DNA from: Rebecca billardiae RCC1528
Taxonomy: Eukaryota > Protista > Haptophyta
DNA length: 64,000 nt
Direction of reading: 5' to 3'
Assembly (NCBI GenBank): GCA_965240325.2
Contig: OZ251229.1
Span: 1,178,001 to 1,242,000 of the forward strand
Shown piece by piece: positions 22,824 to 35,558 of the stretch (positions are counted from its first letter, which is position 1; every line of letters begins with the position of its first letter). Position numbers and translations under genes: made by a program. The notes under the pieces are model-generated. The model was not told where the DNA came from and did not search any database. It saw only the letters and a list, made by a program, of their open reading frames with translations.

Positions 22824-23843
22824 ATGTTCACGACGGCCGAGCGAGCCGCCTACGCGCTCGCGAACGCCGTGATCTCCCGCTGCGCGCAACTGGGCGTGTC
22901 TCTGCTGACCTGCGAGCAGCGCGAGCTCGCGCGCGCGCACGACGCCGAGCTCGTGCCCGTCCTCGCGGCCATCAAGGCCAACAACCCCGCGTGGCGCGCG
23001 AAGCACACGGACGACGTGCGGCGCGCGAGCGCGCACTTCACGGAACGGATGCACGAGGAGCACATCGACTTTGCCAATGATCTGACCGGCCCGGTGCCGC
23101 CGTGGGAGGCGACGGTCGTGGTGGCGCTGACCTACCGCGTGCACGAGGACAGCTCCGTGTTCGACTGCCTCGGCCGCTACATCAACCGCACGATGCAGCT
23201 CTTCATCGCGCTGCTCCGCATGCTGCGCGCGGCGCTGCGGTGGATCGACGGCTCCAGCGGCGGGCGCGTGGTGATCGTCGACCTGGTCGGCGGGTTTGGG
23301 AACCCGGGCGACGGCGCGACGGTCATGCGCCGGCGCACGGCGGAGAAGCTGGACTCGCTCGAGATGGTCGCGCGGCTGCGCGCGCCCGTCACCTTCGTCG
23401 CCTCGCGCACGCACCTCACGGACGCCCAGAAGCGCGGCGCGCTGGCGGCGCTCTGCGCCGCCGAGCGCGGGCTGACGGGCGAGGTGCTCACGTTCACGCA
23501 CGCCGGCCGCGTCGCCATCCTGTCGTCCGAGGGCAAGCCCGTGGCGGCGCACTTCCTCGACGTCGCCCACCTGCAGGCCGTCGACGCCGCCGGCTTCGCC
23601 GCCGACCAGAACCGCGCGAGCGAGCCGTTCGTCCAGACCTACTGCGCCATCGCGAACGCGCTCACGCGCGCGTGGGGCGGCGGCGCGGGCGACGCGCGCG
23701 GCGACGAGCCGGCGCCGGGCGAGCAGGCGGGCCTGTACTCGCTGTGGGCGCACAACCGCGAGGCGGGCGGCGGCAAGGTGCACGAGCTCGGCACGCTCGA
23801 CGGCAGCGCGGCGCAGCGCGCGGCCGAGCAGCGCGCCCTGCTC

Positions 23844-23893
<50 letters not shown>

Positions 23894-26800
23894 GGTGGCG
23901 GCGTCGGCGCTCACGTCGGGCCAGCTCATCACCGCGTGCGCCGAGCTCGGCGTGAGCGGCGAGGAGTTCCGCAAGGCGGCGGAGGAGGACGCGCACGCGG
24001 GGAGCACGGCCGCCGTGGACGCCCTCGTGGAGAGCGCGGTCGTCGAGTACGACCGCGCCAACCCGGTCCGCGCGGGCACGGGGCGGCGCACGCTACTCGC
24101 GGTGCTCCTGCGGGCCATCGGCCTCGGCTCGGCGGCCAAGCGCGCGCGCAAGGCGGAGCGCGTGCGCGAGAGGTGCGACAAGCTCGCGCCGGGCGAGCGG
24201 CTCGTCGACGCCGCGCTCGTGCGGCTGCTGGGCGGCCCCTGGGACGGCGTGGTCGCGGCGGCGGTGCGCCGCCTCCTCTTCGAGGGCCCTGGCGGCGTCG
24301 CCGGCGCGGACGAGGCGCGCGAGCTCGTGCGGCGCATGCGCGACGGGCTGCACGCCGTCCGGTCCGCCGGCGGCACCGCGGCGGCCGAGGCGCGCCAGGC
24401 CGTGGCCATCGAGCTGGTGCTGCGGCACGGCAGCGAGGTCCTCCCGGACACGACCCAGGCGCTGCTCGCCGGACCGTGGAGCGCGGAGGCGGCCGGACTG
24501 GTGGCGGTGCTCGGGCTGCTCGACCCGGCGCCGGACAGTCCGGAGTGCCGGGTCCTGGCGTGCGTGCTCTCGACGGAACTGCAGCATGAGCTCCACCGCC
24601 TCCGCGTGGCGGGCGGGCTGGGCGCCGCCGACGCGAAGCGCGCGGCGGCGGCCGAGCTGCGGGAGCTGCACGGCGCGGCGATCGTGACCGCCGCGCTCGT
24701 CTCGAGCATCGCCGGCCCGTGGCTGCCGGACACGCGCGCGCGGCTCGAAGCGCTGCGCAAGGCGGATGCAGGCTCAGCGCACGCGCGCACGCTCGCGTCG
24801 CAGCTCGCCGCCGACCTCCGCGCAGCGCACGTCGCGGCGGGCGAGGCGGCGGCCGACGAGAAGCGCGCGGTGGCGACCGAGCTGTGGGAGCGGCACGGCC
24901 CGGAGATCGTGACCGACGCGCTCGTCTCGAGCGTGCGCGGCCCGTGGGACGCCGCGGCGAAGGCGCTGATCGGCGAGTTGCGCAAGGCGGAGGCGCGCTC
25001 GCCGGCGGCGCGCGAGCTCGCGCAGCAGCTGGGCGCCGCGCTGCGCGCGCAGCACGTCGAGGCGGGCGAGGCGGCGGCCGACGAGAAGCGCGCGGTGGCG
25101 ACCGAGCTGTGGGAGCGGCACGGCCCGGAGATCGTGACCGACGCGCTCGTCTCGAGCGTGCGCGGCCCGTGGGACGCCGCGGCGAAGGCGCTGATCGGCG
25201 AGTTGCGCAAGGCGGAGGCGCGCTCGCCGGCGGCGCGCGAGCTCGCGCAGCAGCTGGGCGCCGCGCTGCGCGCGCAGCACGTCGAGGCGGGCGAGGCGGC
25301 GGCCGACGAGAAGCGCGCGGTGGCGACCGCGCTACGGCTGCTGCACGGCGCGGCGATCGTGACCGACGCGCTCGTCTCGAGCATCGCCGGCCCGTGGCTG
25401 GCGGACACGCGCGCGCGGCTCGACGCGCTGCGCAAGGCGGATGCAGGCTCAGCGCAAGCGCGCACGCTCGCGTCGCAGCTCGCCGCCGACCTCCGCGCAG
25501 CGCACGTCGCGGCGGGCGAGGCGGCGGCCGACGAGAAGCGCGCGGTGGCGACCGAGCTGTGGGAGCGGCACGGCCCGGCGATCGTGACCGACGCGCTCGT
25601 CTCGAGCATCGCCGGCCCGTGGCTGGCGGACACGCGCGCGCGGCTCGACGCGCTGCGCAATGCGGATGCAGGCTCAGCGCAAGCGCGCACGCTCGCGTCG
25701 CAGCTCGCCGCCGACCTCCGCGCAGCGCACGTCGCGGCGGGCGCGGCGGCGGCCAACGCGAAGCGCGCGGTGGCGACCGAGCTGTGGGAGCGGCACGGCC
25801 CGGAGATCGTGACCGACGCGCTCGTCTCGAGCGTGCGCGGCCCGTGGGACGCCGCGGCGAAGGCGCTGATCGGCGAGTTGCGCAAGGCGGACGCGCGCTC
25901 GCCGGCGGCGCGCGAGCTCGCGCAGCGGCTCGGCGCGGCGCTGCGCGCGCAGCACGTCGAGGCGGGCGAGGCGGCGGCCGACGAGAAGCGCGCGGTGGCG
26001 ACCGCGCTACGGCTGCTGCACGGCGCGGCGATCGTGACCGACGCGCTCGTCTCGAGCATCGCCGGCCCGTGGCTGGCGGACACGCGCGCGCGGCTCGACG
26101 CGCTGCGCAAGGCGGATGCAGGCTCAGCGCAAGCGCGCACGCTCGCGTCGCAGCTCGCCGCCGACCTCCGCGCAGCGCACGTCGCGGCGGGCGCGGCGGC
26201 GGCCAACGCGAAGCGCGACACGGCGACCGAGCTGTGGGAGCGGCACGGCCCGGAGATCGTGACCGACGCGCTCGTCTCGAGCGTGCGCGGCCCGTGGGAC
26301 GCCGCGGCGAATGCGCTGATCGGCGAGTTGCTCGCGGCGGACGCACGCTCGCCGGCGGCGCGCCTGCTCGCGCAGCGGCTCGGCGCGGCGCTGCGCGCGC
26401 AGCACGTCAAGGCGGGCGAGGCGGGCGGCGCGGCGTCGGCAGCGGCGCGCCGCGCCACCGCCGAGACGCTGTTCGAGCTGCACGGCCACTCGGGCGCGGT
26501 GGACGCCGCGCTCGTCGAGACCTTGCGCGGACCGTGGGAGCAGCACGCGGCGGCGCTTGTGCGCGAGCTGGGCGAGTGCGAGCCGTCCGACGTCGTGCGC
26601 GCGCGCGCGCTCGCCGGCAAGCTGCGCACGGCGCTGGGCGACCGCGCCCGGCGCGCGGGCCTCGCCGCCGCCGCCCGGCGCTGCGCCACCGCCGAGGCGT
26701 TGCAGGTGCGGCACGGCGCGGCGCTGGTGGACGACGAGCTCGTCGAGGCGCTGTGCAGCCCGTTCACGGACCACGCGTCCGAGCTCCTCGCGCGGGCGGG

Positions 26801-29288
26801 CGCCGCGCCGCACGAGTCGGCGGAGGCGGAGGCGGTGCTGGGGCTGCTGCGCGCCGCGCTGCGCGCACACCACGTCCGCGTCGGGGCGCTCACGAGCGCG
26901 CAGCGGCGCGAGCGCGCGGAAGAGGCGCGCGGGCTGCACCCGGAGGCGATCTCGGAGGAGCTCGCGGAGCGCGCCAGCGGGCCGTGCACCCCGCGCGCGG
27001 CGGAGCTCGTGGCGCAACTCATCGCGCTGCCGAGCGAGCACCTGCGCGAGGCCAGCCGGCTCGCCGCCGAGCTGGACGACGTGCTGCGCGAGAGCGCCGC
27101 GCGCGGCGCGCGCGCCTCGTACCGCGCGCAGCACGCGACCGCGGCCGCGCTCGCCGCCACGCTCGTGGCGCAGGGCCAGCTGGACGCACCGCGGGCGGCC
27201 GAGCTGACCGGGGTGCTGATCGGCGCGGAGACCGCGATCCGCCGCCGCTTCGAGGCGCTCGCGCGCGACGGCGCGGGCTCGGCGGCCGAGCTGATCGGCG
27301 AGGCGCGCGCTGCGCGCGGCAAGCTCAGGCGCACGCAGTGTGACGGGATGCCCGCCGATGTCCGGGCGCTGTACGAGGGGCAGGGCTGGAGCGTGCGCGC
27401 GGTGGGCAAGGCGGGCGAGGCGCTGACGAGCCCGGAGGCGGGCGAGCTCTTCACCGCGCGAAACGGCGCGCAGGTGCGCCTGCTCGCGATGTGCCCCAAC
27501 GGCCACATCCCGTCACACGTGCCCGTCCTCTATGACGCCAGCGGGACGCGGCTCCTCGCCATCGCGAATCTCGTGTGCGCCACCTGCCACGCAGACACGG
27601 GCCCCGGCACGCGCAGCGTGGCGGTGTGGTACTGGTGCGCGCTCAATGACGACCAGCTCTCGCGCATGCGCACCCGCGTCACGGTGGACCCGCCGCTGTT
27701 GCTGCACCCGCCCGACGGCAAGTACCCGTCCGACTTTGTGCGCCGCGCGGCCGAGGCCGAGGTCGAGCGCGCCGCGCAGTTCGACGAGTACTCGAAGGAC
27801 TGCGTCAACAGTGGTATGCCCACCAACGAGAGGACGGACAACCTGGCGCGCTTTCGGAGGGCGCTCGAGCAGCGCGCGCGCGGGGCGCTGCCGCAGGAGC
27901 GCACCGAAGGCGGCCAGCACGGCCGAGACGAGTGGTGGACGCGCTGGCCACGCGCGGGGCCGAACGGCGAGCTCGAGGGCGTGTTCATCGGCCAGCCGGC
28001 CAAGCTGACCAAGGACAAGTCGGGCAAGTGGTCGTCGGTGCGTGAGGCGCTGAGCGCCAACTCCGCGCGCGCCGCCGCCGCCGCCGGTGCTGCCGGCGGC
28101 AGCGGCGGCGGCAGCGGCAGCGGCGGCGGCAGCGGCGGCGGCGGCCGCGGCCGCGGCCGCGGCCGCGGCCGCGATGGCCGCGATGGCCGCGGCCGCGGCC
28201 CCGGCCGCGGCGGCGGCGGCGGCGCGCACGGCCCTGTGGCGGCGGCGGCGGCGGCGGTGCCGCCGCCCGCGCCCGCCGCGCCCGCCGCCGACGCGGCTGC
28301 CGGCAGCAGCTGCACTCCCTGGACGATCACGCCGGAGGTGGCGGCTGCGAACGAGGCGAAAAAGGCGGCGGTGCCAGCGGCGGCGGCGGCGGCGCCGCCG
28401 CCGCCCGCGCCCACCAGCGTCGTCGGCGGCGGCGCGGCGCGCGGCGGCGGCGCGGCGCGCGGCGGCGGCGGCGGCGGCGGCGGCGGCAGCGCCGTGGCTG
28501 TCGGCCGCGCCGGTGCCGGCGGCAGCGCGGCCGGCGACGCGATCGGCATGGCGTCGCGAAAGCGTCGCGCCGCCGGCACGGCCGTCCCTGTCGTCGACCT
28601 GACGGTCGACGGCGGCGGCGCGCACGGCGCGACCGGCACGGCGCCGGGAACGCGTCCCGCCGCCGGCAAGGTGCAGCCGCGCGCGCCGCCGCCGTTGCCT
28701 GTGGCGGCGGCGGCGGCGGCGGTGCCCGCCGCCGCGCCCGCCGCCGCGCCCGCCGCCGACGCGGCTGCCGGCAGCCGCTGCACTCCCTGGACGATCGCGG
28801 CGGAGGCGGCGGCTGCGAACGAGGCGAAAAAGGCGGCGGCGCCAGCGGCGGCGGCGGCGGCGCCGCCGCCGCCCGCGCCCGCCAGCGCCGTCGCCGGTGG
28901 CGCGGCGCCCGCCAGCGTCGTCGGCGGCGGCGCGGCGCGCGATGTCATCAACCTCGTGAGTGACGGCGACAGCAGTGACAGCGGCAGCGGCGGCGACGGC
29001 GCGTGCGGCGGCGGCGTCTTCAAGGTGCAGCCGCGCGCGCCGCTCGCGCCAGCGGCGGCCGTCGTCATCGAGATCAGCGACGACGACAGCGACGAGATCA
29101 GCGACGACGACAGCGACGAGATCAGCGACGACGACAGCGACGAGATCAGCGACGACGACAGCGACGAGATCAGCGACGACGACAGCGACGAGATCAGCGA
29201 CGACGACAGCGACGAGATCAGCGACGACGACAGCGACGACGTCTTCCAGTCGAAGCCGTTCTCGGACAAGCGTCAGCGCCGTAAGTAG
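22824..29288 (+). CDS. Giant (~2154 aa) protein with ~13 helical 75-aa repeats, a Cys/His cluster and SIM-like acidic repeats; function unknown
   Basis: Uninterrupted ORF with strong GC3 bias; first ATG at 22824 (ORF track starts at 22533); 225-bp tandem repeats; ends in basic KRQRRK. Confidence 0.8.
24610..26420 (+). repeat. 225-bp coding tandem repeat (8 well-conserved units, two subtypes)
   Basis: Units start near 24615, 24840, 25065, 25290, 25515, 25740, 25965 and 26190; motif HG..IVTDALVSS..GPW. Confidence 0.9.
29070..29237 (+). repeat. 24-bp perfect coding repeat x7 (EISDDDSD)
   Basis: GAGATCAGCGACGACGACAGCGAC repeated seven times. Confidence 0.95.
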
Positions 29289-29314
29289 CGCCCACGCACG
29301 GTGGCCGCTGCGCG

Positions 29315-29351
<37 letters not shown>

Positions 29352-32300
29352 AGTGCGTCGACGGCCCGCGGGCCGCACGTTCGCCGGCGCGCGCGAGCCT
29401 TCCCTTCTCCTCTGCATGCCGCTGACGGACGCCCGCCGCGCTCGCACGCCCCGCCGCTGCGCGCGCGCGCGCGCCGCCGCCGCCGCTGCCCCGGCCGCCG
29501 TCGGCGGCGGCGCGGCGCCGTCAGCGCGCGTGCGCGCGTCTCCGAGGCCAGTCTCCGCCCTCGCACGTCTCCGCCGCCCGCCCGCCGAAGGGCGGGCGGC
29601 GTCTCCGCTGATGCCGCCCGCGCGCGCCTGCCGCGCGATCGTGCCCGCCAGCACGCGCCGCGCGTGCCAGTCACGCACGTCGCGGACGCCCCCCCACTCC
29701 GGCCGCCAGGCTCTGCGGAGCCTGCCGCCACAGAACAGTCTGAACCGTCGCGCACCGCCGCCGGCCCACCTCGCGCTGCCCTCGGCTGGCCTCCGCCAGG
29801 CCGGCCGCGGGCCTCCAGCATGCATGCACACCGTCGCCATCGCCCGCGGGCGTGGCGCGGTGCCCACCCTGCACCCACTCAGCACACAGACACTGACACA
29901 GTCCGAGGTCGCCAGTCGGGCGGCAGCCGACCGCCGGGTCGGCTGTGCCGCTGGTGCTCGTCAGTCGTCTTCATCCGATGGTAACGCCGATCGTCAGTCG
30001 CCAGCACCTCGCCGCGGTGTAACCGTCGCCATCGCGCATCACTCAGTAGGGGGTCCAAGCTGCGGAATTTAAAATCGAAAATCGACTGGCCGATTTCGCG
30101 CTGAGCATTTCCGAACATTTTGGCCTCGAATTGCGGCAGCACGCGGCGCGGCCGTTCAGAGCACGGTCGAGCCCGAGATCGGGCGAGCAGCACGCCTGGG
30201 CGGTGGACTTCATCGTCGCGTCGGCGCGGCGGAGCGCGCTCTGGCGTCAGAGGCGCGCGGGCGGGCGAGTCAGGGTGGCCACCATGGTAGCGTTCGGCCA
30301 AATGATCGCTGGCAGCTCGCTCTCACCGGACATCTTGAACCTCACAGCCCCGCTCTGCGCGCCGTTCGAACTCTCATCCGGATGAGCGCGGACAACGCAG
30401 CCCCGGTTCCAGGTGAACCGTGCACGCTGCGCCCTGGTTCCCTACTGGTTCCATCAGTTCATGAGGAGAATGAGTCACCCCCCGGCGCTTGGCCCGGTGC
30501 GTGCAGTGCTCACCTCCCCACGCGCTGCGCATGCACTCGCGCGATCGCTGGCCGCTCGTGCGCAAACGGGAGCGCGCGGCAGTCGTGGGTGGTAAGCAAG
30601 CTCGGCGACCCTGTGTACGTGCGGGGCCTGTCTTCCAGCCCACAGTAGTACCGCCAGAAGCTCCAGCCGGCGCGCGTCGGCTTGTTTGTTGTGCCACTTG
30701 GCGTGCCGCTTGGCTGCATGCAGCAGCCGAGCTGCCCTGAGGCGAAGAGCGTGCACCTTGTCACGAACGTCAAGCTTGCTGCGGAGCAGACGCGCGCCGC
30801 CAAGCTCCGCTATGGCCGCTGCCACATCTGTGCACCGTGCCTTCGTCTCGGGAGTGCCGGCGCCACTGTTGGCGGCCGTCTTGGAGCAGCGCGCGGACTG
30901 CATGGTGCTCGGAGCAGGCGTGCGCGCTGAGCGCGGCAGCAGAGGCAGAGAGCTCAACGCTCGCTACCGAGCAGCTCGCCGAGTCAGAGGTAATCTGGAG
31001 CAGCCTCGACTGCAAGCGCTGTAGCCACAGCAGAGGTGGACCGGTGGCGGCCTCGCGTGGGCTGGTGTACGACGAACGGCGACGGTGCCGGTGACACCTG
31101 AGACCGGGCAAGGATTGAAGGAAGCCGCCACACATGGCGAGCTAGTCTGCGCACGCCAGCCTCGACGGCGGAGAGGACTCTCATACGGGGATGGTGGCAT
31201 GTTCAGTGGCGGAGTTGGCCGTGTGTCGCAGCAAGTGCAGCCCGCCAACGGCATCAGGCCCGCGTTCGCGGGCCGGCGCTCACTGATGTGAGTCCAGTGG
31301 CAGCATGAGACGTCTCGGCGCCGCCGTATTCCATATTCGGATGACCCAGCAAGTAGTGAGCAAGGTACCCATGTATAGGCACGCACTTGAATACATATAA
31401 CAAAGGTAACCACGTTTGATATACAGTGGGTAAATAGGCCCTTATATGCGGGTACTTTCCTATAATTAAATGGGTAATATGCTCGATCTTGGAGTAGTTT
31501 TTCATGGACGTCTACGCGCACAGCACAGTGCCCCACTTTTTCGGTATTTTCACCATAAAATCCTTCGGATAGGGGACAGCGCTTGTCAATAAGTAAGTCC
31601 GACCGCGTATCGTCATCTAGCTGCCATGGAAAGTAGGTAACATTCGGCTGAATCTCTATGTGACACAGCGGGCGCCGCTGCGCGCGCGCACGACAGCGCG
31701 ACAACACGCGGAGTCGGTTTTTAGTGCTTCTGACGGCTGGGCTGGGCTGTGGGACATATTTGAGGGTGACTCCGCAAGCGCCACGCTCAGCAGACGCCTA
31801 CATGGCATGGTTGTCAAATATCACAAATCAGTGGGCTGCTGGCTTGGACCCCCTATCGCTAGACATTTCACGAGGGAAAGGGCGCGCTGATAGTGGCACG
31901 CGGGTATCATCTTGCATTGGACTACGAGCATCGGAGCAACCTCGCGCGGCCTCGCGTCGACGACGTCCCGTGAAGGACGAGAGGCGAGAGCCCACGCCAT
32001 TCCAAGGGTCACCCTTGACGTCGCGTACGGCGCCAAGCGAGCGACGCGGGGCGCGCGGCGGGCGCACGCGCGAGGCTGCCCACCACGCGCACGCGCGCGA
32101 ACCCGCCGGCTCGGGCGACACGCGCCGCCTCAGCTCGAGCACGAGCGCGAGGCGTGGCGCCGGCTCGGTGGCGGCGGAGGGCTCGACCTCCACCGCGCGC
32201 GACGAGCGGCTCGCCTGCGGTGCCAGCGGATGAAGCTGCAAGCCCGGCGGGCGCATACGCGCAGGTCCGCCCTCCACGCGCGAGCCCGCGACTGCGTGTC

Positions 32301-32815
32301 CCACGAGCTGCAGCAGGCGGCCGCAGGCTGGTCGGCGGCCGGCGAGGTCGGTGGAGTGCCGCCCGGCCCGCGTTCTCGCTTGGGCGCGGGCCACACTCTC
32401 ACTCACAGCGCTCGGCGTGTTGCTGCAGACGGGCCAGTCATTGCAGCGCGCACGCCGTGGTCAGACATGCACAGGCGTGCGCGTCGTCAGCCCCGCCGCT
32501 GCGCCCCTGTCGCGCCCATGCCCGTGGCAGCGTCGGAATTCCGAGCTCGGGCTACCGGCCGGCGAGCCATCATGCGTTTCAGAAACAGGTTTCCAGCCCG
32601 AGTTGACGCGCAGCGCCAACCCATATTCAGCGTAGTTGCTGATGGGGGGGGGGGGGGGGGGGGGGCAGAATGGCAGATCGGCGCGGTGCGGACAGCGTAA
32701 GCGTTCAACGACTGTCTGCGTTGTGACAGACTCGCTGTCTCGCTGCAGACGACGACCGTGCCTGCATGCGACACGTGTGACGTGCCAGCGAAGACTTAAT
32801 TCAATTCAGACAACG

Positions 32816-33917
32816 ATATATATGATCGGCTACGCCGATCTTCGGGTAGTAAACAACGAAGTTGAGGGCGCACGGCCCTACTGGTATGCAATAGTCGTCG
32901 CGTTCTTCACCGAATGACGATGCGCGCGCCCGGCGCGTCGCCGTGCAGGAGGCGCGGGCGCGAGTAATCGACGCGGTCGACGGCCCGGGCCTCGGGGGGC
33001 TGCGCCGCCTGTCGAACTCGACGCGCAGCAGCCGCAGCGCCTCCGCCCGGTGCGCATCGGGCAGCCCTGTTGTCTGTGGCCGCGCGCAGCGCGGAGATCG
33101 CGCTCGGCAGCTCGCCCGTCTCAGCCTCGCACAGCCTCGCGCGCTCGGCGGGATCGGCGCAGCGTCGGACGAGCTCGCTGCGGGGAAGAGCGTCGCGAGC
33201 AGCCGCGGCTCGAGCCTGTCTATCTACGACCTCCCGCAGCCGCAGTAGCCGCTCCTTGCACGCCTTTGTCTGTCAGGCTCGCCGCCGCGTCGATGCACTC
33301 GGTGCGAGGGCCGCTACATGGCTGTGCGCGTCGGTGCCGCCGCGGGTGCTGTCGGCCGACGGCCCGGAGCGCGAGGACTACTGCGAGCACGGGCGAGAGG
33401 GGAGCACGGCGTCGCCCGTAGCATATGCCAACTCGCCATCATCGCGGGCTCGCCGCTCGCAGATCTAAGCCTGTGGCTCTCGTGTCAGGCACGGTCAGGC
33501 ATCCGTCGAGTGAGCGCCAGAGCCCCTCCTCACGGTCAGCGCGCGGCTCGCGCGCCAAATGCTTGCCGCGCCGCCATGCGCAGCCGTCAGCACGCCGCAC
33601 GCGGCGCAGCCATCACAGCTCGGCCATGGTCATGGACGGCGCGAGCGTGAGCGGTGAGGGTTGGGCGAGCGACTTCTGAACATGCCGAGAGCCTCAGCTG
33701 CGCGGCGTGCGGCGTGGCGCGCGCGGGCGCGCGAATGGTCAGCTACGAGCCGGTCGACAACGGCCGCGTTCGTGCGACCGAGTGACGACGTGCGGTTGGA
33801 AAACGCACTGGGCCGAAGAGGCATGGCAGGGCGGGGCGCGCGGGGCGAACGAGGCACGAATGCGATGCCGACGGCCGTTGGGACCCGCCGCAGATCTGCG
33901 CGCACCTGCGCTGAGTC
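32816..33917 (-). repeat. Dispersed repeat, degraded copy of the 61309-62604 segment
   Basis: 32816-33265 matches 61309-61765 and 33810-33917 matches 62491-62604; both copies end at hairpin GATCGGC-TAC-GCCGATC next to (TA)n. Confidence 0.8.
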
Positions 33918-34591
33918 TTGTCGGATTGAACGATCGCGTGCAGTGCCCGCCTGTTCGCGAGCCCGCGTCGAGTTTGCGTGGCCAGTGGCCAAGGCAGTGG
34001 CAGCGCCTTTTGTAGCAATACTGTAAGTGATGAGCAGTATTCATCGACGGGAGATAACTATAGTAATCAGAAAAGATACGGTTATGAATCGCGCGCTGGA
34101 ACGGGCTACCCGCGTCAATGATATATCTCGTCGCCCGCGAGGGTTCGTGCGAAACGATGCGGATCGCGTGCCCTAGAACATCGCCCCATAACCTGATGAT
34201 ATCCGCCACTGAGAAGCGACGGTTCATGACTTCAGATGCCGGCAATACTTTACTTCAAGCGACATAAAAGCCGGCCGAACCTCTCTTTTCTATGGTTGGC
34301 GAGCTGTTTCAGGCTCTTACAATTCAAGCATCTTACTATGACGGAATGTTCGAACACACGGCTGGTGTTGTGTGCTATTCCACCCTGCATTCCCCTAAGT
34401 GTTACTATCGTTAAAATTAGCATCTACTACAAACGCAATCATTGGCAGCGAAATGCGTCCACTAGGGGGTCCGGTCACATCTGAATCAACCAAAATCCTG
34501 CGCGCGTCCTCTTTTTGATTTTGCGGAGCACGTGCGCCGCTCCTCCCCCCCCCCCCCCCCCCCCCCGGCTTTCGCTCACGCTCAGACCTTT

Positions 34592-34622
<31 letters not shown>

Positions 34623-34649
34623 CGTGCGCCATAATAACTCATCACAGTG

Positions 34650-34941
34650 ATCGGTTAGCTGGTAGCAGCCGTCACTGACACTCACCGCTGGTCGTCCGAT
34701 GAGGCCGAGCTGCGGTGCCACGGTCCCGCTACGGTGCTGCTGACGGGCTCACTGACGCTGCGGGGCGGGGCCGGTGGCAGCCTGCCCGTGCGGTGCGGTG
34801 ACAACTGACAACTGCGCAGGGCACGCATCAAGCGCGCGCCCGGGCTGTCACTACAGTGAGTCACTGAACCGCTCTGATTGTAGTAGGACCATTGGCGGAC
34901 GGCCGTGCAAGGTGCCGCGAACAGCTGCAGGCGACGCCCCG
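34650..34941 (-). mobile_element. Internal Helitron fragment (copy-3 subfamily)
   Basis: 34687-34941 is a near-identical reverse complement of ~42203-42458. Confidence 0.85.
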
Positions 34942-35558
34942 TATTGTGAAGAGGTTGTGATGGTTGTTGGTGACGCGGGCGTTTCGCACGGGCTCGTCCG
35001 GTCCCGCGCCTGTGGGAGCGGACTGGTGACGGGCGATCGGCACGGTCGAGGGTGAGAGGCGAGAGACGTAGGCGTATACACGAGCACTCAACGACAGCGC
35101 GGTCGATGCAGTACCGGCAGCGGCCGCAGCGGCGACGGGCGTAGCACGTGCGAGCGCACGAGGGCGTGAGCTTTTAGTTTTAGCGTGTCATGTCTAGATT
35201 CAGCGCGTCTGGACGACTGCACAGCGGTCCGGTCTGATCACGTCAGTCCGGTCTGAATCAGGACCGAGTGAAGAAAGTCGAGAAATAGAAAATCTGGTCG
35301 TAGAGAAAGAAATGAATAAACCACAACACTCCCCCCCATGTGAAGCCGGGTATGAGATAGTAGATAGAGCTCGCATTGTTAGATGATGATGGCCATTAGC
35401 GGCGGGGTACCCAATAGACGCGGGTTCACATGTCCCATAGATAATGTGGTTGAGGAATTAGAGGATAGTGAGGAACTAGAGAATAGAGCGGGTGAGGCAG
35501 AGGTGTAGTGTTCACCGCGAGGGAGATCAGCACGTAGAATGCTGAAACTTCTGGTTGA

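Noticed and set aside
23639-29885. Long antisense and alternate-frame ORFs (23639-27508, 23929-26346, 24719-27343, 27513-29885)
   Set aside because: Shadows of the GC3-biased 22824-29288 gene, with Arg/Ala/Ser-rich composition
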